DNA of 64,000 nucleotides from an uncultured Pseudomonadota bacterium (GCA_963770835.1 CAVYRH010000004.1:224001-288000), one strand, 5' to 3'. Positions 21,125 to 30,389 are shown, numbered from the stretch's first letter. A program made the numbers and translations. Notes: a model not told the origin generated them from the sequence alone.

Positions 21125-21715
21125 ATGAAGAAAGCCGCTTATTCCACCGTTTTTATCCTGCTTGTCGCCGGTTCCACGGTAATAACCGGCTGTCCCAGCA
21201 AAACCTCAGTGAGTCCCACGTCCCCCGGCGCCCCGACCAATACTTTCACCCCCACTGCGACCCCCACGCCCACCGGCCCCACTTCCACACCGACCACCAC
21301 GGCCACCAACACCCCTACCGCTACCATTACCAATACGCCAACTCTTACCCCGACCGCGGTGCCGGTTACCATCACGGTCAACACCCAATCCAGCGGTGAT
21401 AATCCCCAGGGGTACATTTACGTTTCTTCCGTTGGCACCAACAACACTGGGGCGGGCGGCTTGTTGAGCCTAAGCGCCCACATCGGGGACAGCATCATTT
21501 TGCCCGCCAATGGCACCCATCCCCTTTGGTTCGATAACGGAACGTCTACCTGCGTGGTGACGGGTGGGGATACCAGTGGCCCGGTCACTTATACGTTTCC
21601 TTCAACCGGAACCTATAATTTCCACTGCGGCAACCACGGGGGATGCACTCCCAGCGATGGAGCCTGCGGGCTGTCCACCTGTTCGGCCATGGTAGGTGTT
21701 GTCACCGTCAACTAA
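21125..21715 (+). CDS. Lipoprotein: Thr/Pro stalk plus cupredoxin domain (paralog of 18591-19280)
   Basis: MKKA.. signal, lipobox ITGC; PVTITV, GYIY.SS.GTN, HPLWFDNG, GTYNFHCGNH...AMVGVVTVN. Confidence 0.8.
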   Translation: MKKAAYSTVFILLVAGSTVITGCPSKTSVSPTSPGAPTNTFTPTATPTPTGPTSTPTTTATNTPTATITNTPTLTPTAVPVTITVNTQSSGDNPQGYIYVSSVGTNNTGAGGLLSLSAHIGDSIILPANGTHPLWFDNGTSTCVVTGGDTSGPVTYTFPSTGTYNFHCGNHGGCTPSDGACGLSTCSAMVGVVTVN

Positions 21716-21737
21716 GCCGGGTTTATTCCCTCATCGG

Positions 21738-21765
21738 GGCCCCGGGACTTTCCGGGGCCTTTTTT
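21738..21765 (+). terminator. Rho-independent terminator
   Basis: ggccccgg / ccggggcc stem plus T6; resembles the one after the paralog. Confidence 0.8.
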
Positions 21766-21859
21766 GTTTCGGCGGGAACTCAAAACCTTCTTGCAAAAAG
21801 CCTCCCCGGCCTGGAAGATACGCAGCGAACCTTTTCGAAACCAATCTCCGAGGAAACCT

Positions 21860-22687
21860 ATGAAAATCCACCTGGCCCACAGCCCCGACGCCGACGATGC
21901 CTTCATGTTTTATGGCCTGGCCAAAAACAAGATCGACACCGAAGGCATCGAGTACGAGCACGTCCTGAAGGATATCCAGACCTTGAACGAATGGGCCCGG
22001 GAAGGCCGTATGGAAGTAACCGCCATCTCGGCCCACGCTTACGCTTACGTGAAGGACAAATACGCCATCCTGACCCACGGGGGAAGCATCGGGAAGAATT
22101 ACGGGCCGATGATCGTGGCCAAAGAGGACCAACCCATCGAAAGCTTCCGGGGCAAGAAGATCGCCATCCCTGGAAAGCTCACCAGCGCTTACCTGGCCTT
22201 TAAGCTTTGCCTGCCGGACTTCCAGGAAGTCATCGTGAACTTCGACCAGATCATGGACGAGGTGGCGAAGGGGACGGTGGACGCGGGGCTCATCATCCAT
22301 GAAGGGCAGTTAACCTATAAGGAAAAGGGCCTGTACAAAATCATCGACATGGGGGAATGGTGGTTCCAAAAGACGGGAATGGTGCTTCCCATGGGGGTCA
22401 ACGCCATCCGCCGGGACCTGCCGGAGGACGTGAAGAAAAAGGTTTCCAAACAACTGAAGCAGTCCATCCAGTATTCCCTCGACCACCGGGACGCGGCCCT
22501 GGACTACGCCCTGGCCTTCGGGCGCGGCTTATCCCGCGACGTGGCGGACCGCTTCGTGGGAATGTGGGTCAACGACCGCACGGTGGACATGGGCGAGGAA
22601 GGGCAGAATGCCATCCGGGAATTCTTGAAACGGGGCGAAGAGAAGAAGCTCATTCCGGCGGTCGGTGAGATTGAATTCGTGAACTGA
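21860..22687 (+). CDS. mqnD: MqnD-type menaquinone biosynthesis protein (futalosine pathway)
   Basis: AHSPDADDAFMFY, DIQTLN, YGP, IIHEGQLTY, LPMG motifs. Confidence 0.88.
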   Translation: MKIHLAHSPDADDAFMFYGLAKNKIDTEGIEYEHVLKDIQTLNEWAREGRMEVTAISAHAYAYVKDKYAILTHGGSIGKNYGPMIVAKEDQPIESFRGKKIAIPGKLTSAYLAFKLCLPDFQEVIVNFDQIMDEVAKGTVDAGLIIHEGQLTYKEKGLYKIIDMGEWWFQKTGMVLPMGVNAIRRDLPEDVKKKVSKQLKQSIQYSLDHRDAALDYALAFGRGLSRDVADRFVGMWVNDRTVDMGEEGQNAIREFLKRGEEKKLIPAVGEIEFVN

Positions 22688-22737
22688 AAACTTATTTTGG
22701 ACTGACAAAATGACGGTGTTAAAGAAAAGGTTTTTTT

Positions 22738-23511
22738 GTGAACCGTTCGGAATATATAGCTAAAGCGATTGTTGAAAAAATCACTCCTGGTTGTCGGATG
22801 GTTTTTAAGGAAACTCAATCAAACGGTGAATTCGATTTCGATCTTCATTGTAACGAGCAAATCGACTCGGTTGAAGTAACAACTTCCACTGATCAAAGGT
22901 TACGGGAAACCCTTGCCGCGATTGAAGTGGAAGGACAATTTGTTCCGCTAAAAAGATGTCAAAAGGATTGGATCATCCATCCATTGGCATCCGCAAACAT
23001 TAAAAAAATCGTGAAAGAAGTCGATGCTTACCTCGTTGCAATTGAAAATGCCGGACTAGTTTTTTTTAGTTCCATCGATAGGGCTACGTGTTCTTCGGTC
23101 GACCGCATTTATGAAGACCTTCGCATAGAGGGTGGGTCAATTACCCATTGGAAGCCACCAGGACCGCGAGTTTGTATCAGTAGACCAGGCGGCGGAGGCG
23201 AGTTAAAAGTCGACGATTTTTATCGGGTGATAAAATTAGAGACCGATAAAGAAGACAACCGTAAGAAACTTGGGAAAGCCAAAGGAAAGAAACACCTTTT
23301 TATATATGTCGACCCACGAAATTATAAACCTTGGGTAGAGTTAGTAGATCTAGAACCTTCAAGTCAATGTCCAGACCTACCTGACGAAATAGATGTGGTA
23401 TGGGCTACTTCAGAAGGTCGTTCCAAGGATGAATTTGTCGTTTGGAAGGGCGAGAGGAATGGGGTTTGGAAAAAGTTTCCAGAGATGAATATTCCGAACA
23501 AGCGGGAATAA
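22738..23511 (+). CDS. AT-rich hypothetical protein, possible PD-(D/E)XK nuclease fold
   Basis: Visibly lower GC than flanks; N-terminal E...FDF...VEVT pattern. Confidence 0.55.
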   Translation: MNRSEYIAKAIVEKITPGCRMVFKETQSNGEFDFDLHCNEQIDSVEVTTSTDQRLRETLAAIEVEGQFVPLKRCQKDWIIHPLASANIKKIVKEVDAYLVAIENAGLVFFSSIDRATCSSVDRIYEDLRIEGGSITHWKPPGPRVCISRPGGGGELKVDDFYRVIKLETDKEDNRKKLGKAKGKKHLFIYVDPRNYKPWVELVDLEPSSQCPDLPDEIDVVWATSEGRSKDEFVVWKGERNGVWKKFPEMNIPNKRE

Positions 23512-23560
23512 AATTACGGTAAAGACGAAATCATTTATTCGTCAAACAAATGTTCGAAAA

Positions 23561-23647
23561 GAGAAGGCCGGTAATTGGTCCCTTTATGTGGCCGAATGCG
23601 CCGACGGGTCCTACTACACCGACATCACCATCGAATTCGTGAGTTAG
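23561..23647 (+). pseudogene. GIY-YIG nuclease N-terminal remnant
   Basis: Translates EKAGNWSLYVAECADGSYYTDIT..., closely matching WNLYIAECADGSYYTGIA of 25922-26350, then stops. Confidence 0.75.
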
Positions 23648-25845
23648 TCCCGCCCATCTTGAAGGTTTTTAAAATTGTCCTTGGCTGGGGTTTTATCAAG
23701 GGGGCAACCCATCGCTTTTTTGAAATCCGCCCGCGCCTTTTCTCTTTGTCCCAAGATAACTTCCAGGCTTCCCCTCTCGTTGTAGAAATAAGCGTTGGGG
23801 TATCCCGTCGCCAGGCCCCGGTTTAAAGCCGCGAAGGCCCCTTCGAAATTCTTCAAGCCCAGCCGGTTGCCGTAGGCCGCATCGCTGTTATAGCTGTTAA
23901 AAACCTGCTCCCAAAGGCAGGATTCCAGGAAGGGATCGCCTTCGGCCAGGGGTTGGGCGTCCAATAGCACTTCGCGGACATCATCATAAGACTGCCCTTC
24001 CCGGCGATTCATCAGCACCGAAACCGCCTTTAAAAAAACGCCGTTCACCACACTCCATTTGGCCAAGGTTCCCCGGTTTTCATCTGAGATGGGCACGATT
24101 TCCAACATCAATCCGCCGTCCTCTCCCTCGTGCCCGTTGGAAAGCCAAGTCCCGCGTCCCTCTGGGAAGCGTTTTTCAAGAAAGGGCAGGTAATGAATGT
24201 TACAGATCCAAGCGGCCCATCGAACAGATGCCGAATCCAGCCCCGGATTGAGGACCGCGTTGAAGGGAGTGGAAGCCACCGTCAGGGATTGGTCGGTCCA
24301 ATTAGGTTGGAAGGCGGTAAAGATAAGTCCGGGACCCTCTTTTCGGGCCTGCGCCTCCAAAAGGGGATAGGCTCGGGAATATTCCAGGGACTTCCCGTTA
24401 ATGGGCCAAGGGCCACGGGGGCTGGACCAAAGGAGATGGTAGGAAAAGAAAAGATGGTAGCCATCCAAAACCACGGAAGCCAAAAGGAAGAGGCTGATGA
24501 TTTTTCCACGGTTCAAGGGAGGTAGGGAACCCGCGAGGGCCTGAAGACCCACCGTGGAGCAAAAAAACATGACGGGAAGGCATTGAACCACCCGGAGGGA
24601 ATTGACGGAATAGGTTAAAACTCCCGGCAGGAGGAAGAGCGCCAGGGCCATCAGGGTGAAGAAGCCGGTTTTCCGCGATTCGGCCCGTAACAAGCCGGCC
24701 AAACCGATCCAACACAAAGCGGCCCAAAGGGGATTGAGCAATCCGCCCCAAGTGGAAGTGTAAAAGTAATTATTCAGGTCGCCCCACAGCAGGGCTCCCA
24801 GGTACCGGAAGGGGGACAGGAACAAGGTCAAGCCTCCCCCCGGCCGGGAAAGAGGCCAATGGACCGCCAGATAGCTTCCATATCCGTTTTGGATCATGGC
24901 CCAGGCCAGTGGAATCAGGCTTGCCAATAGGGCGGCGCTAAAAATCCAAAAAGGCCTGTGGATCTTCCGATTTTTCCAAAACACCACGCCCGCCGTAAAA
25001 AGCGCCACCGGAGCCCAGGAAAGGTAGGTGTAAAAGCCGGTACCGGCGAGGAGTCCCAGGATAAGGGCGGCCTTCCCTTCTTTGCCCTCACGGGCACCCC
25101 AGAAGCGCCCCAATGCGGCGAGGGTCAGGCAGGCCCAGGGGAAGACTAAAACGGCGGGATGGGAAAACCGCCCGAGGAAAAGCGGCCAAAACCCCAGTCC
25201 CAAGAGGAAGGCCAGGAGGAAAGAAAGAGATTTGGAAAAATACCTTTTGGATTCCCGGTAGGCAAAAACGAAGGGCACTAGGGAAAGAAGGGCGGGGAGC
25301 AGCCAAATACTGAAAAGGGATGGGCCTAAGACCCTGAACAAACCCGCCTCGAGCCAAAAGTAAAAGGGTGGCATCTGGCTGCAATAGGAGAACATTCGCC
25401 ACTCCCAATGCCGGGAGAGTTCCATGGCGATGAAAGCATGAACACCCTCATCCACGCCGGGCCAGACGCTCAGGCTCGTCAGTCCGTAAAGACGGAATCC
25501 CAAAGCCAAAGCCGCAAGTAGAAACCAAACCGGCCAACCGGGCACCTTGAAAGTTTCCTGACGGTATAAGGGAACGCTTCCACGGGGGAGAGCCTCGAGG
25601 GCGGTCCAAACCAAAAGCAAGAACGGGAGGGCGACCAGGAAAAGCCCAGACCAAATTGAGGAAACAGTGGAAAGGTTCGCGAAAGATAAAAGAAGGTGGC
25701 CGGCCAGGAGAAGGAAGAAACAAACCCAAAGCAACTGAGCGTTCCAGGAAAGTTGGAATGTAGAGCGGTTTTGAGGGTTCTTTCCCAAAAAAACCCTTTC
25801 GTTTTTCAGTGATGGGAGAATCGAAAACGTGAACTTCTTTGGCAT
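23644..25845 (-). CDS. GT-C fold (GT39-like) membrane glycosyltransferase with C-terminal TPR-like region; start uncertain
   Basis: FRLYGL...VDEG...PPFYFW loop, many TMs, GFYTY motif, TPR-like end. Confidence 0.78.
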   Translation of the reverse strand: MPKKFTFSILPSLKNERVFLGKNPQNRSTFQLSWNAQLLWVCFFLLLAGHLLLSFANLSTVSSIWSGLFLVALPFLLLVWTALEALPRGSVPLYRQETFKVPGWPVWFLLAALALGFRLYGLTSLSVWPGVDEGVHAFIAMELSRHWEWRMFSYCSQMPPFYFWLEAGLFRVLGPSLFSIWLLPALLSLVPFVFAYRESKRYFSKSLSFLLAFLLGLGFWPLFLGRFSHPAVLVFPWACLTLAALGRFWGAREGKEGKAALILGLLAGTGFYTYLSWAPVALFTAGVVFWKNRKIHRPFWIFSAALLASLIPLAWAMIQNGYGSYLAVHWPLSRPGGGLTLFLSPFRYLGALLWGDLNNYFYTSTWGGLLNPLWAALCWIGLAGLLRAESRKTGFFTLMALALFLLPGVLTYSVNSLRVVQCLPVMFFCSTVGLQALAGSLPPLNRGKIISLFLLASVVLDGYHLFFSYHLLWSSPRGPWPINGKSLEYSRAYPLLEAQARKEGPGLIFTAFQPNWTDQSLTVASTPFNAVLNPGLDSASVRWAAWICNIHYLPFLEKRFPEGRGTWLSNGHEGEDGGLMLEIVPISDENRGTLAKWSVVNGVFLKAVSVLMNRREGQSYDDVREVLLDAQPLAEGDPFLESCLWEQVFNSYNSDAAYGNRLGLKNFEGAFAALNRGLATGYPNAYFYNERGSLEVILGQREKARADFKKAMGCPLDKTPAKDNFKNLQDGRD

Positions 25846-25921
25846 CTTATCGTAAAATCTTTTGAGGGTCATGCTGTTTTCATGGCCACAGAGGGTAGAT
25901 TCAACCGGCGAAGGAGGGGTT

Positions 25922-26350
25922 TTGGGAAAGAAACCCAAGGGCGAATGGAATCTCTATATCGCCGAATGCGCGGACGGATCCTACTACACGGGAATCGCCA
26001 AGGATGTGGAAAAGCGCATGGAAGCCCACAACTCCGGCAAGGGTGCCAAGTACACTTCCACCCACCGGCCGGTGAAGCTGGTATTCCAGGAACCCCAAGC
26101 GGATTACTCGGCGGCCCTGAGGCGCGAGTACCAGGTCAAAACCCTTCCCAAGGATCGGAAGATCCGGTTTGTCCAAGGGGAAAAACTCATAAAACCGCCG
26201 AAGAAGGCGAAAATGAGTTTTCAAAAAAACCAAAAAAGAAAGAAACAGTTAACCCGGAAGAAACCCGAAAAAAGAGCCGGCCATAAGACTCCAAGACCTG
26301 GGATTCCCCCAATCGTTCAGCGGCAGGTTCGAGCCCCTTTTTCGGCTTGA
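25922..26350 (+). CDS. GIY-YIG nuclease (YazA/YhbQ-like) with basic tail
   Basis: RBS aaggagg plus TTG; LYIAECADGSYYTG, R...HNSGKGAKYT, ALRREYQVK. Confidence 0.88.
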   Translation: MGKKPKGEWNLYIAECADGSYYTGIAKDVEKRMEAHNSGKGAKYTSTHRPVKLVFQEPQADYSAALRREYQVKTLPKDRKIRFVQGEKLIKPPKKAKMSFQKNQKRKKQLTRKKPEKRAGHKTPRPGIPPIVQRQVRAPFSA

Positions 26351-26403
26351 ATTAGGTATGATCTTTTCCGCCGTGACGCTATCGAAGGACCACAGGGGGA
26401 AAC

Positions 26404-26931
26404 ATGATGGAAGACAACCTAAATTCAGGCGAAGAAACCAAACCCAGGCCGCCTTTGACCATGGTTCAGAAAGGAACCCTTTACGCCGTTGGTGTTCTCA
26501 TCCTGATGGGGGCCGCCTTCTTCGCGGGGCGTTATTCGGCCTTGATGAAACCCGCGGCGTCCAATCCCTTCACTCAGATGCCCACACCCCAGCCCTTGGG
26601 CACTCCGATTCCGGTTCCCGAATCCGTCCTCACCATGATCAATTTCACCGGCGTCTCGGAAGCCAAGAAAGCCGAAGTTTTAGCCAAATTCAACAGCGAA
26701 TACTGTCAGTGCAATTGCAAGATGACGGTGGCCACCTGCATGGTCCGGGATCCCGGCTGCCCTTTCTGGAAAGACCACGTGACCCAGTTCCAAAAGGCCC
26801 TGGGCAACGGTAAGAAGCCCAACCTCACCCAGGCTCCCATGCCAAGCCGCATCCTACCGCCCTCCAATGGCCTTGTCCTGCCGCCCGGAAACTCGAACGG
26901 GTTCACCATGCCGTCGCAAACGGGAAAGTAA
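26404..26931 (+). CDS. Membrane-anchored hypothetical protein with CxCxC-x6-C-x6-C motif
   Basis: One N-terminal TM; YCQCNCKMTVATCMVRDPGC. Confidence 0.7.
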   Translation: MMEDNLNSGEETKPRPPLTMVQKGTLYAVGVLILMGAAFFAGRYSALMKPAASNPFTQMPTPQPLGTPIPVPESVLTMINFTGVSEAKKAEVLAKFNSEYCQCNCKMTVATCMVRDPGCPFWKDHVTQFQKALGNGKKPNLTQAPMPSRILPPSNGLVLPPGNSNGFTMPSQTGK

Positions 26932-26960
26932 AGCCGGAAGGGCCCGGGGGTAAGAAAGCC

Positions 26961-27746
26961 ATGACCCAAAATGTCTTGGAAGTGGGCGCGGCGCTTGTAT
27001 TCAAGGACAAGAAATTCCTCATCACCCAGCGCAAGGACGACGACTCCTTCGGAGGCTACTGGGAGCTGCCCGGCGGCAAGAAGGAACCCACTGAGTCCCT
27101 GGAAGAATGCGTCATCCGGGAACTCAAGGAAGAGCTGGATATCGAGGTGGAGATCCGCCACTTTTTCCGGATCCTCACCTACCACTACCCCCAACGCTCG
27201 GTGCGGCTCAATATTTTCTTTTGTTCTCACAAGGGCGGCGAGCCCAAGACTATCGAATGCCAGGCCCTTGCCTGGGTGGACCCCAAGGACCTGCCCAGCT
27301 ATAAATTCCCCGATGCCGACCAAACCCTCATCCATGAACTGTCTCAAAGGAACGATTGGGACTCCTACCTGGACGGCCTGAAATACCCCCATGAATATCT
27401 GGAAGGTATCCGCCTTTTTAACGCGGGGGACTATTTCGAGTGCCACGAGATGCTGGAGGATATCTGGCATCCCGCCCAAGGGCAGCAACGCCTTCACTAC
27501 CAGGCCCTCATCCAGGCCGCCATCGCGCTGGAACATTTCCGGAAAGAGAATTGGAACGGTGCCATGGGGCTCTACGAAAAGGCCTGCGAGAAATGGGCCC
27601 AATTGCCGCCCGAGTACATGGGGGTGGATTTAAAAGGGCTAAAAGGGAAGTTGGACGTCTTTTTCGGGCAGGTTCGAAAAGCCGGCCCCGGCGGCATGAA
27701 GACCGTGGACATGGGCTTGGTGCCTCCAATTCCTCCGCCTCAATAG
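26961..27746 (+). CDS. MutT-like NUDIX hydrolase fused to DUF309
   Basis: WELPGGK.E..E......RELKEEL Nudix box, FPDAD; second domain GIRLFNAGDYFECHEMLEDIW, YQALIQAA. Confidence 0.88.
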   Translation: MTQNVLEVGAALVFKDKKFLITQRKDDDSFGGYWELPGGKKEPTESLEECVIRELKEELDIEVEIRHFFRILTYHYPQRSVRLNIFFCSHKGGEPKTIECQALAWVDPKDLPSYKFPDADQTLIHELSQRNDWDSYLDGLKYPHEYLEGIRLFNAGDYFECHEMLEDIWHPAQGQQRLHYQALIQAAIALEHFRKENWNGAMGLYEKACEKWAQLPPEYMGVDLKGLKGKLDVFFGQVRKAGPGGMKTVDMGLVPPIPPPQ

Positions 27747-28798
27747 TGGTAACAAATCCCTAGGCCCGCATCCATTCCGGTGTAGTCGATGTTGATGGGC
27801 TTGGCTCCGGCTGTCCCGGTGGGTACGGCATAGGCCCCTGTGTTATCCGAAATCAAGACGGACTGCTGCTGGGTCCCGTCACTATAGGTGACCATCCCCT
27901 CAATATTCCCCGTGGTGGCATAACGGCCCCGGAGGTAAAGACCGGCGGAAACTTGGTCTCCCACCGCGATATCCCAACCGAGTCCCAGAGTCCCCCCGTA
28001 TCCCAAACCCGCCATTTCCCCGGATTGCAGGGTCACGGCATTCTGCACATAACTGAGTTCGGCGATGGTGGCGTAAAAGCCAGCACCGGCGCCGGCCCAA
28101 AGCCGGGTACTGCCCAACTTGAAATAATGGTAATACTCCGCCTGGATGGAAATCATGCTGGGTTGGATGGAGCCTTTCAACTTGTAGTCGTAATTATCAT
28201 TGGCCGAAGCCTGGTAACCGTTGAGGGAAGCCCCGTCGAAGGCCACACCCCAGGCGTTATAAGTGTCGAGCATGAAACCCACTTCCAGGCCTACCAGCGG
28301 CCCGAAACCATCCACGCTGGCGGAAGCATGGCCGTACTGGGCGGTGTAATAGGTTTGGAAGGCCGGGGCGGCCTTGGGTAAGTCTCCCAAGCTGGCCGAA
28401 ATGAAACCTGTATGCAGTTTCACCCAGATGTCATAGTCCCGGAAGACGCGGGGGTAAATGTCGTTCCTCTCCGCCTCCCAAATCATTTTCGCCCGGATAC
28501 CCTCCGCCAAGTTCCAAAGCTGGGGATTATCGGGATGCCACCGGAGGCTTTGGTCAAAGGCGGGAAGGGCCAGCATGGGCTGGTTTAAAAGGTAATAGTC
28601 GAAACCCAGGATCTGCCAGGCCTTCCAGTTTTGGGGGTCCAGCCGGACGGCGGCCCGGAGGTAAGGGATGGAATCCGTATAGTTCTTGTGGGCGTAAAAA
28701 TTAAACCCCGCCACATAATCGTCGTTGGAGGTTTCAGCCCAGAGAGGGCCGTAAGCGAGGGCGATAAGGAAAACCAAAACTATTCCGCGGGCGGACAT
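27740..28798 (-). CDS. Secreted TPR plus outer-membrane beta-barrel protein
   Basis: Signal peptide, TPR (AVRLDPQNWKAWQILG), amphipathic beta-strands, aromatic C-terminus (ICYHY). Confidence 0.65.
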   Translation of the reverse strand: MSARGIVLVFLIALAYGPLWAETSNDDYVAGFNFYAHKNYTDSIPYLRAAVRLDPQNWKAWQILGFDYYLLNQPMLALPAFDQSLRWHPDNPQLWNLAEGIRAKMIWEAERNDIYPRVFRDYDIWVKLHTGFISASLGDLPKAAPAFQTYYTAQYGHASASVDGFGPLVGLEVGFMLDTYNAWGVAFDGASLNGYQASANDNYDYKLKGSIQPSMISIQAEYYHYFKLGSTRLWAGAGAGFYATIAELSYVQNAVTLQSGEMAGLGYGGTLGLGWDIAVGDQVSAGLYLRGRYATTGNIEGMVTYSDGTQQQSVLISDNTGAYAVPTGTAGAKPINIDYTGMDAGLGICYHY

Positions 28799-28932
28799 GG
28801 ATTTCTCCATCAAGTCGGTTCAAACGGGTCCAGTATATCGGCGGGAACCCGCAAAGCCAGGCGGTTGGGGGGTAAAAACCGGTTGTTGGTTTCTTGAATC
28901 CCACCGGATGGGTGGCCTATTCGCCCTTGAAA

Positions 28933-29853
28933 TCAACCCTCCGGAACGCGGGTATTCCGGACCCACATTTGAAATTTGATCCGCTCCAGGGCGCTGTCCC
29001 GGGTGAAGGCCTTGAAGTCCGCCTCGGTCATCCGGCCCGCTTCCTCCCGGGTCAACTCCAGGACTTCCGGCCGGGGATGAAACGCCGCCTCCCGCCCGGC
29101 TGGAGCGTTGGTGTTGTAGGGGCAGGCGGTTTGGCACAGGTCGCAGCCCGCCAGGTAGCCGTGGAGCGCAGCGCCCTCCGGCAGGGCCGAGCGGTGCTCC
29201 AGGGTGAGGTAGCTGATACATTTGACAGCGTTCAAGAGGCCGGGTTCCTCCAGGGCCCCGGTGGGGCAGGCGTCCATGCAGGCCGTGCAGGTTTTGCAGA
29301 GGTTTTCCACCGGGGCGTCGGGGGCCAGCTCCACGTCCGTCAGGATTTCCCCCAGGAAGAGGAAGGAACCGAAAGCCTTGTTCAACAAAAGGGTGTTTTT
29401 GCCGATCCATCCCAGGCCCGCCGCCTCCGCGTAACTACGCTCCAGCACCGGGCCCGTGTCCACGTAGGCCTTAGCCTTCGCGCCAGGCGCCAGTTCCCCG
29501 CAGAGGTATTGCACCAGAACTTCCAGCTTTTCGCGCAGGACCTCGTGGTAATCCCGGCCCCAGGCATAACAGGAAATGAGGTGCTTTTCCAAAAGGGGAT
29601 AGTGTTCGGGCCGGGGGTTGTAGCTGAGGCCCACGCAAAAGACGGACTTGGCCCCGGGAAGAAGGGCCTGTGGGTCGCCCCTTTCCTCCTTACGCCGATC
29701 CAAGTATCCCATTTCGCCGGCATAGCCTTTCTTCAGCCAATCCAGGAAGGCGGGGTAACTTTCGGGCCGGACGGCGGGGGCCGCGCCGGACAATTCAAAA
29801 CCCAACTCGGCGGCCTTTTGCTTCAGCTTTTGGGTGCGCTCAAGGGCGTTCAT
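28933..29853 (-). CDS. queG: Epoxyqueuosine reductase
   Basis: GYAGEMGYL, YAWGRDYH, VDTGPVLER, GWIGKN, CKTCTACMDACPTGA, CISYLTLE, GCDLCQTACPYN. Confidence 0.95.
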   Translation of the reverse strand: MNALERTQKLKQKAAELGFELSGAAPAVRPESYPAFLDWLKKGYAGEMGYLDRRKEERGDPQALLPGAKSVFCVGLSYNPRPEHYPLLEKHLISCYAWGRDYHEVLREKLEVLVQYLCGELAPGAKAKAYVDTGPVLERSYAEAAGLGWIGKNTLLLNKAFGSFLFLGEILTDVELAPDAPVENLCKTCTACMDACPTGALEEPGLLNAVKCISYLTLEHRSALPEGAALHGYLAGCDLCQTACPYNTNAPAGREAAFHPRPEVLELTREEAGRMTEADFKAFTRDSALERIKFQMWVRNTRVPEG

Positions 29854-30389
29854 TGATTTTTGAAATGGACGTAAGTCTGCAGGGTTGCGCTGAGGAAGGA
29901 CAGGATCAAAACGAGCACCACCAATTGCCGCAAGTGGGACGCCACGACGAAGTAAATTCCAAAAGCCATTACCACCACCACCCAGGAAAAAATAATCCAA
30001 AACAACTCTTTCGAACCAGCGGAGGGATTATGGTGGTGTTTGACTTTCAGGGCGAATTGGACCGGCGTGAAACGCTCCCGGGTGCTGGTATTGTCCACCT
30101 GCCCGCCCAAAGTTTGCAGAAGGATGTCCACGAGAAAAACCTGAAGATCGGTGGCGGAAGGCGGAGCGTCATGGGGAACGGCGACCGTATAAAGGCCTTT
30201 GTCGGAGTCGAAAGACAGGAAACACTCTAATTCGGGAGGGCCCGGCTCAGCGAAACGGATCGCGTCCCATTGGCGGTCCTGGCCCTTTAAGTGGATCTCC
30301 ACGGGAATTCCCCGGCGATGGAGTTCCCCCATTAATTCAAAGGCCGAAGGTTGGAGTTTTTTCTCGGGGGTCAGGATGTATTCAGGCAT
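29850..30389 (-). CDS. Hypothetical protein with 2 C-terminal TMs
   Basis: ORF whose stop overlaps the queG start; typical codon usage. Confidence 0.65.
   Translation of the reverse strand: MPEYILTPEKKLQPSAFELMGELHRRGIPVEIHLKGQDRQWDAIRFAEPGPPELECFLSFDSDKGLYTVAVPHDAPPSATDLQVFLVDILLQTLGGQVDNTSTRERFTPVQFALKVKHHHNPSAGSKELFWIIFSWVVVVMAFGIYFVVASHLRQLVVLVLILSFLSATLQTYVHFKNQ

Noticed and set aside
26310..26345. ggttcgagccc resembling a tRNA T-loop
   Set aside because: No cloverleaf could be built, and it lies in the tail of the GIY-YIG ORF
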